Of a DNA stretch of 64,000 nt, positions 24,055 to 32,396 are shown piece after piece. The stretch lies in sequence record MZ234025.1. One strand, 5' to 3'. The notes beneath the pieces were generated by a model. It had not been told where the DNA came from, made no database searches, and worked only from the letters and a program-made list of their open reading frames with translations. The position numbers were made by a program, and so were the translations under genes. Origin of the DNA: Escherichia phage vB_EcoM-172859UKE1. Every line of letters starts with the position of its first letter. Within the stretch, counting starts at the first letter, position 1.

Positions 24055-25047
24055 ATGTTACCTGTCGTCGGAAAACTTATTTCTCCAAAAGAACTGGCTG
24101 AGATTATTCCTTTGTCGGAAGCTTACGCATCACAAGTGGCTTCTCATCGCGAACAAGTTAATTCGATTATGAACGGTGAAGACCCACGCAAACTTATTGT
24201 TGTAGGTCCTTGTTCAATTCATGACCCTATTGCTGCTGTTGAATACGGCAAACGTCTGGCTGAACTTCAAACTCGTCTTCCTAATGTTCTGTTAGTGATG
24301 CGCGTTTATTTTGAAAAGCCTCGAACTACCGTAGGTTGGAAAGGTCTTGTAAATGATCCATATCTTGACGGAAGTTTTGATATGAACCACGGTCTTATAG
24401 TTGCACGAACATTGTGTCGTAAACTTCTACGTATGGGACTTCCATTAGCAACTGAAGTATTAGACCCATTCACGATTAAGTATCTTTCTGGTATTTTCTC
24501 ATGGGTTGCTATTGGCGCCCGTACGACTGAAAGTCAGACACATCGTGAAATTGCTTCAGGTCTACCGATGTGCGTAGGCTTCAAGAACGCAACCAATGGT
24601 TCTATTAAAGTAGCTACAGACGCGATGTATAGTGCCGCCTGGCCTCATCGGTATATGGGTATGGACGTCGATGGTACTGTAGGCATTGTTGAAGCTGAAG
24701 GTAATCAGAATACGCATATCGTATTGCGTGGCGGGACCAACGGCCCGAACTATCATTCTTCTGATATTCAAGAAGCTTCTAACAAAGCAAGGGCAGTAGG
24801 TCTGAATCATTATGTAATGGTTGACTGTAGCCATGCAAACGCTGCTGGGCATTATAGCAATCAAATTGGTATTGGTAAAAATTTAGCAGCTAATGATTTG
24901 GTCAAAGGAATTATGATAGAATCATTCCTACATGAAGGAAATCAAAAAATTTCTGATAATATGTCCTATGGCGTTTCCGTTACCGATGCGTGCATCAGTT
25001 GGGAACAAACTAAAGAGCTGTTAACTTATATTAATAAGGTTCAATAA
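24055..25047 (+). CDS. 3-deoxy-D-arabino-heptulosonate-7-phosphate (DAHP) synthase, AroG/AroF-type
   Basis: 330 aa; KLIVVGPCSIHDP, RVYFEKPRTTVGWKG, GARTTESQTHRE, GFKN, VDCSHAN, IESFLHEGNQ, SVTDAC motifs co-linear with E. coli AroG active site; AAGGA SD. Confidence 0.88.
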   Translation: MLPVVGKLISPKELAEIIPLSEAYASQVASHREQVNSIMNGEDPRKLIVVGPCSIHDPIAAVEYGKRLAELQTRLPNVLLVMRVYFEKPRTTVGWKGLVNDPYLDGSFDMNHGLIVARTLCRKLLRMGLPLATEVLDPFTIKYLSGIFSWVAIGARTTESQTHREIASGLPMCVGFKNATNGSIKVATDAMYSAAWPHRYMGMDVDGTVGIVEAEGNQNTHIVLRGGTNGPNYHSSDIQEASNKARAVGLNHYVMVDCSHANAAGHYSNQIGIGKNLAANDLVKGIMIESFLHEGNQKISDNMSYGVSVTDACISWEQTKELLTYINKVQ

Positions 25048-25628
25048 TGAAAGCTAGCACATATCTTCAAATTGCTTATTTGATTTCTCAAGAATCAAAA
25101 TGTTGTTCATGGAAAGTTGGTGCCGTCATTGAAAAAGATGGACGCATTATTTCTACAGGTTATAATGGCTCTCCTTCAGGTGGTACAAACTGTTGCGAAC
25201 ATGCATCCGAAAACGGCTGGTTGAAGAATAAACCAAGCCCGGCTATTTCTGATGGGCAGAAAGAAGGCACTACAGCATTTGGACGGGCAGATAATTTTGT
25301 TTTGGCTAAAGAACATCGGGCTGCTCATAGTGCATGGTCTGCTAATAACGAAATCCATGCAGAATTGAATGCAATTTTGTTTGCAGCTCGTAAAGGTAAT
25401 TCTATTGAAGGTGCTACGTTATATACTACGCTTTCTCCGTGTCCTGATTGCACTAAAGCTATCACACAATCAGGCATTAAAAAGGTCGTATATGCAGAAT
25501 TATATGACCGGTCTCCTGAAAATTGGGCAGACATTCTTAAACAAGCTGGTATTGAAGTAATTCAGTACTCTCGTAATAATCTTCGTTCTCTGAATTGGGA
25601 ACAAATTCGAAACTTTTGTGGTGAATAA
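25047..25628 (+). CDS. cd: dCMP deaminase
   Basis: 193 aa; zinc motifs HAELNAI and SPCPDC; size of T4 Cd. Confidence 0.93.
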   Translation: MKASTYLQIAYLISQESKCCSWKVGAVIEKDGRIISTGYNGSPSGGTNCCEHASENGWLKNKPSPAISDGQKEGTTAFGRADNFVLAKEHRAAHSAWSANNEIHAELNAILFAARKGNSIEGATLYTTLSPCPDCTKAITQSGIKKVVYAELYDRSPENWADILKQAGIEVIQYSRNNLRSLNWEQIRNFCGE

Positions 25629-25629
25629 T

Positions 25630-25926
25630 ATGATTTTAACTGAACAAGAAACTATGGTTCTTCGTGAACGTATTAAAACTATTCTGTCTGTAGGTGTTCA
25701 TTGTGTTGTATTTGAAAAGGCTAATGGTGATGTTCGTACGATGTTTGCCTCCCGTGATGAACTTGAAGTCAAATATGAAAATAGAAATCCAGCAACAGAA
25801 GTTCGTTCTGAACCTCGTGAATCAGTTCGAGCATTCGATACCGAGTTAGGTCAGTGGCGTTCTTTCCGCCTTGATAAAGTAATTTCGGTTGATGGTACTC
25901 CGGTAGAACGTTTGCTTCTTATGTAA
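25630..25926 (+). CDS. hypothetical protein
   Basis: ATG 25630 right after cd stop; 98 aa. Confidence 0.45.
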   Translation: MILTEQETMVLRERIKTILSVGVHCVVFEKANGDVRTMFASRDELEVKYENRNPATEVRSEPRESVRAFDTELGQWRSFRLDKVISVDGTPVERLLLM

Positions 25927-25928
25927 TA

Positions 25929-25953
25929 TGCTTTACGAATAGTATGGTATTAT
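25929..25953 (+). promoter_or_regulatory. MotA-dependent middle promoter (gene 31)
   Basis: MotA box TGCTTTA 25929-25935, 12-nt spacer, TATTAT. Confidence 0.65.
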
Positions 25954-25983
25954 TAATCTATCGTCAAACAACAAGGAAATAAG

Positions 25984-26316
25984 ATGTCTGAAGTACAACT
26001 CCCAATTCGTGCTGTTGGTGAATATGTCATTCTGGTTTCTGAACCCGCTCAAGCAGGTGATGAAGAAGTTACCGAATCAGGACTTGTGATTGGTAAACGT
26101 GTTCAAGGTGAAGTTCCTGAACTATGTGTAGTTCATTCTGTAGGTCCTGATGTTCCTGAAGGTTTTGTTGAAGTCGGTGATTTGACTCCACTACCAGTTG
26201 GACAAATTCGAAATGTTCCGCATCCATTTGTGGCTTTGGGACTTAAACAACCTAAAGAAATTAAACAGAAATTCGTAACATGCCACTATAAAGCTATTCC
26301 GTGTCTTTATAAGTGA
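25984..26316 (+). CDS. 31: head assembly co-chaperonin (GroES-like)
   Basis: 110 aa, [29 protein letters not shown]... nearly identical to T4 gp31; MotA-type middle promoter upstream. Confidence 0.97.
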   Translation: MSEVQLPIRAVGEYVILVSEPAQAGDEEVTESGLVIGKRVQGEVPELCVVHSVGPDVPEGFVEVGDLTPLPVGQIRNVPHPFVALGLKQPKEIKQKFVTCHYKAIPCLYK

Positions 26317-26324
26317 TATAAATA
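26317..26324 (+). promoter_or_regulatory. late promoter TATAAATA (rIII)
   Basis: exact match just after gene 31 stop. Confidence 0.55.
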
Positions 26325-26440
26325 ACTATATGAAGAGAACACTCTTCTAAGCGGTAGCCTACAACTGAGAGACTTGTCGAAAGAAGGTGAAATTCAGACG
26401 AACGTGGCTACTAAATATTATCTCGAATTGAGAATTTAAA

Positions 26441-26689
26441 ATGATTAAACAATTACAACACGCTCTTGAACTGCAACGAAACGCATGGAATAATGGTCAT
26501 GAAAACTACGGCGCATCTATTGATGTTGAAGCCGAAGCTCTTGAAATCCTTCGTTATTTCAAACATCTGAACCCGGTCCAGGCAGCTTTGGCTTCTGAAC
26601 TGGAAGCAAAAGATGAACTGAAATATGCTAAGCCTTTGGCTTCTGCAGCTCGTAAAGCAGTACGTCATTTTGTTATTACCCTGAAATAA
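26441..26689 (+). CDS. rIII: lysis inhibition accessory protein rIII
   Basis: 82 aa, matches T4 rIII length and sequence. Confidence 0.9.
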   Translation: MIKQLQHALELQRNAWNNGHENYGASIDVEAEALEILRYFKHLNPVQAALASELEAKDELKYAKPLASAARKAVRHFVITLK

Positions 26690-26883
26690 GTGTTAGGTGA
26701 GTCACTACCTTAGTGTGAAGTTAAAATCGAGGAGCCGTCGAACTATGTTTTACGGTGTACCTCTTGAATGTTGACGAGGTTTATGGTTATCCTGTCGTTA
26801 AATATCCAAAACCTATGTTCCCTTCGAGGGCTTGCGCAGGCAATGTCAATAAGTCCTGCATTTTCATTTAAAGAGAATTTATA

Positions 26884-27063
26884 ATGGCAAAACAAGCTAA
26901 AGCAAAGAAAGCAGTTGAAAAGAAAGTTGATGGTACCTCTAAACGCGCTGGATACAAGCGTGGGTCGAACTATCGTATTAATCAAACAGTTGAGAAGATC
27001 ATGCGCAGAGCACGTGCAGTTCTTCGAGATGATGCTTCTCGTTTTGGAAAGGTTATTGCATAA
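26884..27063 (+). CDS. small basic protein (59 aa), unknown function
   Basis: Not in ORF track (<60 aa): MAKQAKAKKAVEKKVDG...; followed by strong UUCG terminator 27069-27090. Confidence 0.45.
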   Translation: MAKQAKAKKAVEKKVDGTSKRAGYKRGSNYRINQTVEKIMRRARAVLRDDASRFGKVIA

Positions 27064-27068
27064 TTTTA

Positions 27069-27090
27069 GGGAGACTTCGGTCTCCCTTTT
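27069..27090 (+). terminator. rho-independent terminator after the 59-aa basic ORF
   Basis: GGGAGAC-TTCG-GTCTCCC then TTTTG. Confidence 0.8.
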
Positions 27091-27122
27091 GTGCGTTTAG
27101 GGCAGAAAAAGTTTAAAAAGAT

Positions 27123-27151
27123 GTTTACTCTCCTGTAGGATGTGTTACTAT
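27123..27151 (+). promoter_or_regulatory. T4-type early promoter
   Basis: GTTTAC, 17-nt spacer, TACTAT. Confidence 0.65.
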
Positions 27152-27193
27152 AGACTTGTACCACCTAATCGATAAAACAAACCGGAGAACAAA

Positions 27194-27562
27194 ATGAAAA
27201 TCAATCTGAACTCATACATCAAATGTAAAGACCACGACGGTTATAAAGCTATCGAAATTAAAGAATTCCAGTGGATGTTATACAAAGAGCAATTTGAGTT
27301 CGTAGGTTGTATGACCCCTGAAGGTCCTTCAGATGATTTCTCTTGGAAAATTGTGTTAGCAAACTTTTTCACAGGTGACACATACGAATTAAAAACTATT
27401 ATTACCGGTAAAATTCGTTCAGAAACATATGTTGACGAAGAAACCGGTTACTCTGAAGATGTTACATGGTATCAAAATGGACGCATTACAGCAGATAACC
27501 TGATCGAAAAAATGAAAGCCAAAGGTGTTTTAAATTTAGACAATTGGATTAAAGTTGCATAA
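27194..27562 (+). CDS. hypothetical protein
   Basis: 122 aa; early promoter and GGAGAA SD upstream. Confidence 0.5.
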   Translation: MKINLNSYIKCKDHDGYKAIEIKEFQWMLYKEQFEFVGCMTPEGPSDDFSWKIVLANFFTGDTYELKTIITGKIRSETYVDEETGYSEDVTWYQNGRITADNLIEKMKAKGVLNLDNWIKVA

Positions 27563-27566
27563 AACA

Positions 27567-27595
27567 GTTTACTTTGGTACAGGTTATGTTATTAT
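27567..27595 (+). promoter_or_regulatory. T4-type early promoter
   Basis: GTTTAC, 17-nt spacer, TATTAT. Confidence 0.65.
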
Positions 27596-27636
27596 AGACC
27601 TGTACCAACAAACAACTTAAACATCTGGAGAATAAA

Positions 27637-28002
27637 ATGAACTACATCAACTTCGAACGTAAATATGTTTCTAACGGTATCGCTGGTTCTTCTGAAGTTA
27701 TTTGCTTATGGAAATACGAAAACGGTACAGTTTGTGAAATCGAACAGTGCATGACTCCTAATTACGTTTATATGCGATTTGAAAATGGCATCACGGTTTC
27801 AATCACGATGGAAGGTTCCAACTTCAAAATTGCATTAGATGACGATTTCCGTCAGCGTGATTTAGGTACTCATCCTTGCTGGAATGGTGTTAATCGTAAA
27901 CTTCTGGTTAAAACTTGGATTCGTCATATCCTGAGTAACCGAGCTAAACCTGAACATCTCGAAGCAATCTTTGATGTAGTTCTTAACGAATTTGATATCT
28001 AA
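27637..28002 (+). CDS. hypothetical protein
   Basis: 121 aa; early promoter and GGAG SD upstream. Confidence 0.5.
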   Translation: MNYINFERKYVSNGIAGSSEVICLWKYENGTVCEIEQCMTPNYVYMRFENGITVSITMEGSNFKIALDDDFRQRDLGTHPCWNGVNRKLLVKTWIRHILSNRAKPEHLEAIFDVVLNEFDI

Positions 28003-28009
28003 ATTAATT

Positions 28010-28025
28010 GGGAGCTTCGGCTCCC
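28010..28025 (+). terminator. UUCG hairpin (weak terminator or RNA stability element)
   Basis: GGGAGC-TTCG-GCTCCC, no U-tract. Confidence 0.35.
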
Positions 28026-28037
28026 ACTGAGGAAATT

Positions 28038-28652
28038 ATGTTTAAAGTTAATACTTTTTATAAAATGAATTTTAAAAATGGGGATATTACTCCACGCCTT
28101 AAAAACATGTTCTCATATGACCTTATTGAGCCTTTTGAAGTTTTAGAAGTTACTGATGCCGGCTCAGTTTGTGAAATTAGAACTTCTGAAGGTAAAATTT
28201 ATCAGGCCGGTGTTGGTAAATTCAGTAATTGTTTTACTTTAATATTCTCGACCGATTTAGATGAGCATTTTATTGAATGTCCTAACCCTAAGGTCTATGA
28301 AGTTCCACATCAAGAAACTAAGAAAAATGGACCGCACGAATATACGAAGGTTGAAACTCCTCACGGCGTGATGTGGCGACATAACTCTCCTTTTGGAAGT
28401 AAAGGAACATTTGCTCAACTGGCTAAGCCCTACGACGATGAAAAATATGTAGTAGTCCTTTTATCTGAACAGGGTACTCAAGACCGTGGATGCCAGCGTT
28501 CCGGTTTATTGAGTGAACTCGAAGCTCATAACCTAGCACGTGAATTCGTTGAGAAAAATCCTGGTTCTGAAGCTCTAGTCATGAAAGCAATTACTCAATA
28601 TATCACTGCTCAACCTGTTGTTCATCCGGTAGAAATTAATTTCATTAAGTAG
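28038..28652 (+). CDS. hypothetical protein
   Basis: ATG 28038 with GAGGAA SD; track start 28008 is TTG inside a hairpin. Confidence 0.5.
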   Translation: MFKVNTFYKMNFKNGDITPRLKNMFSYDLIEPFEVLEVTDAGSVCEIRTSEGKIYQAGVGKFSNCFTLIFSTDLDEHFIECPNPKVYEVPHQETKKNGPHEYTKVETPHGVMWRHNSPFGSKGTFAQLAKPYDDEKYVVVLLSEQGTQDRGCQRSGLLSELEAHNLAREFVEKNPGSEALVMKAITQYITAQPVVHPVEINFIK

Positions 28653-28706
28653 TGTACATCCAAGGACGGATTAGAGTATAATGATTTCTTTAGTAAGTGG
28701 AAAAAT

Positions 28707-28904
28707 ATGAAATTTTTAATAGCACAAACAGTCCAATTAAAAGGTGTTGGAATCCCTGGGATGATTTTTAAAGTTCTCAACGAATTTAAAACTGCCGCTG
28801 GAATTATCAATGAAGCGTATGCTGTTCAATGGGTTGATGGGACTTCTGACATACGTATGGGTAAAGAGTTATCTCCTATTAAAGGGTTGAAACATGTTGA
28901 ATAA
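28707..28904 (+). CDS. hypothetical protein
   Basis: 65-aa ORF. Confidence 0.4.
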   Translation: MKFLIAQTVQLKGVGIPGMIFKVLNEFKTAAGIINEAYAVQWVDGTSDIRMGKELSPIKGLKHVE

Positions 28905-29112
28905 ATTAATCCAGAAATTGTTTGGTACGGAAATGATTGAAGTTACTTATCGTGTAACCGACGTTTTTCCATATTACGCGGAAAACCGTTTAGAACCATA
29001 CGTTACGTCAATTAAAATGCCTAAAAATGACAGAAATTTATCTATCGAAGACCGTATACCTGGATACGGACATTGGGCTGATGTTGAAATTATAAGTGTT
29101 AAAGATGTCTGA
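28894..29112 (+). CDS. hypothetical protein
   Basis: 72-aa ORF overlapping neighbours. Confidence 0.4.
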   Translation: MLNKLIQKLFGTEMIEVTYRVTDVFPYYAENRLEPYVTSIKMPKNDRNLSIEDRIPGYGHWADVEIISVKDV

Positions 29113-29563
29113 ATTAGAAATAAGAAGTAATTTCAAATGGCCGTCATGTGCATTAAGTAACTTTGCTCAATGGCCTTTTGTTATGGATGGTATTCAATTC
29201 GGAGGTCTTGAAGGATTTCTCCAAGGATGTAAGGTGAAAAATGTTGAACAACAAAGACGTATATTTGGGTTGTCTGGATTGGCTGCACAGCAAGCTGGAA
29301 GGTCTTACGCAAGAGCTCAGGACCGTGGGACTCTCTTCTGGTTAGGAGTTCCATTTTCAAGATACTCCGAAGCGTGGAAAGAATTATACACAAATGCATA
29401 TTTTGAAGCCGCGATCCAAAACAAGGGGTTTCGTGATGCCTTACAAGCCTCTAAAGGAAAAATTTTGAAGCACAGCATGGCCAGCCACCTAACAAAAGAT
29501 GATACAATACTAACTGAAGATGAATTTATTGACGTGTTAAACCTATTAAGAGACTCTTTATGA
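29105..29563 (+). CDS. NADAR (YbiA/DUF1768)-like domain protein
   Basis: SCALSNFAQWPFVMDGIQFGGLEGFLQG resembles the NADAR N-terminal signature; ATG 29105 overlapping upstream stop. Confidence 0.55.
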   Translation: MSELEIRSNFKWPSCALSNFAQWPFVMDGIQFGGLEGFLQGCKVKNVEQQRRIFGLSGLAAQQAGRSYARAQDRGTLFWLGVPFSRYSEAWKELYTNAYFEAAIQNKGFRDALQASKGKILKHSMASHLTKDDTILTEDEFIDVLNLLRDSL

Positions 29564-30384
29564 AGCCTACTATTTTGACTGATATTGATGGTGTATGTTT
29601 AAGCTGGCAATCTGGACTTCCTTATTTTGCCCAAAAATATAACCTTCCATTAGAACATATTTTAAAAATGATTCAGGACGAAAAATTTATTTCTCCTGGT
29701 AAACTGTTCAATACCGACGATAACCTTGGTAAACAATTAATAGAAAAATATAATAGCTCTGATTTTATTCGTTACTTAGCGCCTTATTCTGATGCTCTTC
29801 GAGTTATCAATAAACTAAAAGAAGACTATAATTTTGTAGCCGTGACGGCGCTAGGTGATTCAATTGATGCTCGATTGAATAGACAATTTAATTTGAATGC
29901 TTTGTTCCCAGGCGCTTTCTCTGAAGTAATGATGTGTGGACATGATTCTTCAAAGGAACAATTATTCGAACTAGCTAAAACAAAATATAACGTGATTTGT
30001 TACGTTGACGATTTAGCTCATCATTGTGACCATGCGGCAGAAATTCTTAATGTACCGATTTATTGGTTGGCTCGTGGTGAACGTGACGCCATTCCTCGTA
30101 CTGCACAACGTGTACACACGTGGGATGATATTGAATCTCGTTTGGTTCCACCCGAGCATAATTCAGATTCAGATCGTGAAGACCTTTTAAAACGATTGGC
30201 GGATTTGCTTAAAGAATCTGGTGCAACAAGTCCAGGTGCATGGCCTAATCAAATTGGTGGCCCCTCGACAACACGTACTCCATATACCTGGCGAACCCCA
30301 GGACCAACTGATATGCAGCCGTGGTGGACGATTCAAAACTTTCCTTTAGATTCGTCTAAATGGACTTGGTCTATAAATTGTTAA
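29560..30384 (+). CDS. HAD-superfamily hydrolase-like protein with Trp/Pro-rich C-terminal extension
   Basis: N-terminal ILTDIDGV (HAD motif I), later YVDD; C-terminal ~80 aa rich in W, P, T. Confidence 0.5.
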   Translation: MKPTILTDIDGVCLSWQSGLPYFAQKYNLPLEHILKMIQDEKFISPGKLFNTDDNLGKQLIEKYNSSDFIRYLAPYSDALRVINKLKEDYNFVAVTALGDSIDARLNRQFNLNALFPGAFSEVMMCGHDSSKEQLFELAKTKYNVICYVDDLAHHCDHAAEILNVPIYWLARGERDAIPRTAQRVHTWDDIESRLVPPEHNSDSDREDLLKRLADLLKESGATSPGAWPNQIGGPSTTRTPYTWRTPGPTDMQPWWTIQNFPLDSSKWTWSINC

Positions 30385-30393
30385 GGGTTAATT

Positions 30394-30663
30394 ATGTTTG
30401 TAGTTCATGATATTACAGATGGCAAAAATACCACACGTGACTACGGTCACGTTAACATGTTCTTTCGAGACTGGCCATTGTTTCGTTCAGTAAAAGACGC
30501 AGAAATATTTAAAGAGTGTGTTGAACAAGGGTTCATCTACATTTCAGAATACTATGTTGAAGGACTCGGTAAATGGATTACAACTTATCAGAAAACGCTG
30601 AAATCGCTTCTAGATGAAGTGGCTTATAATAGAACCGTAACCAAAATCGAGGACATCAAATGA
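30394..30663 (+). CDS. hypothetical protein
   Basis: 89-aa ORF, AAGGG SD. Confidence 0.45.
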   Translation: MFVVHDITDGKNTTRDYGHVNMFFRDWPLFRSVKDAEIFKECVEQGFIYISEYYVEGLGKWITTYQKTLKSLLDEVAYNRTVTKIEDIK

Positions 30664-32153
30664 TTTTAGATATTTTAAACCAAATAGCTGCGATCGGTTC
30701 TACTAAAACAAAACAGGAAATCCTTAAGAAAAATAAGGACAACAAATTACTTGAACGTGTGTATCGTTTAACATATGCACGTGGTATCCAGTATTATATT
30801 AAGAAATGGCCAGGACCAGGTGAAAGGTCTCAAGCGTATGGTCTTCTTGAATTAGATGACATGTTGGATTTTATTGAGTTCACATTAGCCACTCGTAAAC
30901 TCACTGGTAATGCTGCAATTAAAGAGCTCATGGGTTATATCGCTGATGGTAAACCTGATGATGTAGAAGTCCTTCGTCGTGTAATGATGCGCGACCTTGA
31001 AGTAGGTGCTTCAGTGTCTATCGCGAATAAGGTGTGGCCTGGACTTATTCAATTGCAACCACAGATGTTAGCATCTGCATATGACGAGAAATTGATTACT
31101 AAAAATATTAAATGGCCCGCATTTGCCCAATTAAAAGCAGATGGTGCTCGTTGTTTCGCTGAAGTTCGCGATGATGGTGTTCAATTCTTTTCTCGTGCCG
31201 GCAACGAATATCATGGTCTTACTCTATTAGCGGATGAACTAATGGAAATGACTAAAGAAGCTCGTGAAAGACACCCTAATGGGGTTTTAATCGACGGTGA
31301 ATTAGTTTATCATTCATTTGATATTAAAAAGGCTGTGAGCTCAGGAAATGACCTGTCGTTCTTATTTGGTGATAATGAAGAATCCGAAGAAGTACAGGTT
31401 GCAGACCGTAGCACTTCAAATGGTTTAGCAAATAAATCTCTTCAAGGGACTATTTCTCCTAAAGAAGCGGAAGGTATGGTTCTTCAAGCCTGGGACTACG
31501 TTCCTTTAGATGAAGTCTATTCTGATGGCAAAATTAAAGGTCAGAAATACGATGTTCGTTTTGCTGCTCTTGAAAATATGGCTGAAGGCTTTAAGCGAAT
31601 TGAGCCAATTGAAAATCAGTTAGTTCGTAATCTTGACGAAGCTAAAGTGGTTTATAAAAAATATGTTGACCAAGGTCTTGAAGGTATTATCCTTAAAAAC
31701 CGTGATTCATATTGGGAAAACAAACGCTCTAAGAATCTAATTAAATTTAAAGAAGTTATTGATATCGCTTTAGAAGTTGTAGGATACTATGAACACTCTA
31801 AAGACCCTAACAAATTAGGTGGTGTCGAACTCGTATCACGATGTCGTCGTATTACAACCGATTGCGGTTCAGGTTTTAAAGATACAACTCATAAAACAGT
31901 TGACGGTGTAAAGGTTCTTATTCCTTTAGACGAGCGTCATGATTTAGACCGTGAACGATTAATGACCGAAGCTCGTGAAGGTAAATTAATTGGACGTATC
32001 GCTGATTGTGAATGTAATGGTTGGGTTCATTCTAAAGGCCGTGAAGGTACTGTAGGTATTTTCCTTCCAATTATTAAAGGGTTCCGTTTTGATAAAACAG
32101 AAGCGGATTCGTTTGAAGACGTATTTGGACCGTGGTCCCAGACAGGTTTATAA
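30660..32153 (+). CDS. 30: ATP-dependent DNA ligase
   Basis: 497 aa; KADGAR adenylation motif, MILDILNQIAAIGSTK N-terminus, matches T4 gp30. Confidence 0.97.
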   Translation: MILDILNQIAAIGSTKTKQEILKKNKDNKLLERVYRLTYARGIQYYIKKWPGPGERSQAYGLLELDDMLDFIEFTLATRKLTGNAAIKELMGYIADGKPDDVEVLRRVMMRDLEVGASVSIANKVWPGLIQLQPQMLASAYDEKLITKNIKWPAFAQLKADGARCFAEVRDDGVQFFSRAGNEYHGLTLLADELMEMTKEARERHPNGVLIDGELVYHSFDIKKAVSSGNDLSFLFGDNEESEEVQVADRSTSNGLANKSLQGTISPKEAEGMVLQAWDYVPLDEVYSDGKIKGQKYDVRFAALENMAEGFKRIEPIENQLVRNLDEAKVVYKKYVDQGLEGIILKNRDSYWENKRSKNLIKFKEVIDIALEVVGYYEHSKDPNKLGGVELVSRCRRITTDCGSGFKDTTHKTVDGVKVLIPLDERHDLDRERLMTEAREGKLIGRIADCECNGWVHSKGREGTVGIFLPIIKGFRFDKTEADSFEDVFGPWSQTGL

Positions 32154-32341
32154 TGAAAGCTTATTTAGAAACAGTTATTGTAGCTAAGAAGGATGGTGGA
32201 GATGTTTCCACCTCTTGTTCCCAAATTGTATTAGATTTTCCTAATAACGATTCCTATCATATTTTTATGGACAATTTCGATAAGTACGAAAAAGGCTCTA
32301 ATTTTGAAGTTTATCGTACTTTGCTTCCGATTGTGGATTAA
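32153..32341 (+). CDS. hypothetical protein
   Basis: 62 aa from ATG overlapping ligase stop (TAATG); terminator follows. Confidence 0.4.
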   Translation: MKAYLETVIVAKKDGGDVSTSCSQIVLDFPNNDSYHIFMDNFDKYEKGSNFEVYRTLLPIVD

Positions 32342-32361
32342 GAGCCTTCGGGCTCTTTTTG
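32341..32361 (+). terminator. rho-independent terminator upstream of alt
   Basis: AGAGCC-TTCG-GGCTCT then TTTTT. Confidence 0.7.
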
Positions 32362-32396
32362 GCATAAATATAAATTATTACTAAAAGGAAAACACT

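Noticed and set aside
23934-24104. ~56-codon frame whose ATG overlaps the stop of ORF 23698-23934 and runs into the DAHP synthase start
   Set aside because: No SD of its own, overlaps the DAHP synthase initiation region out of frame, low-complexity translation; most likely only a coupling overlap.
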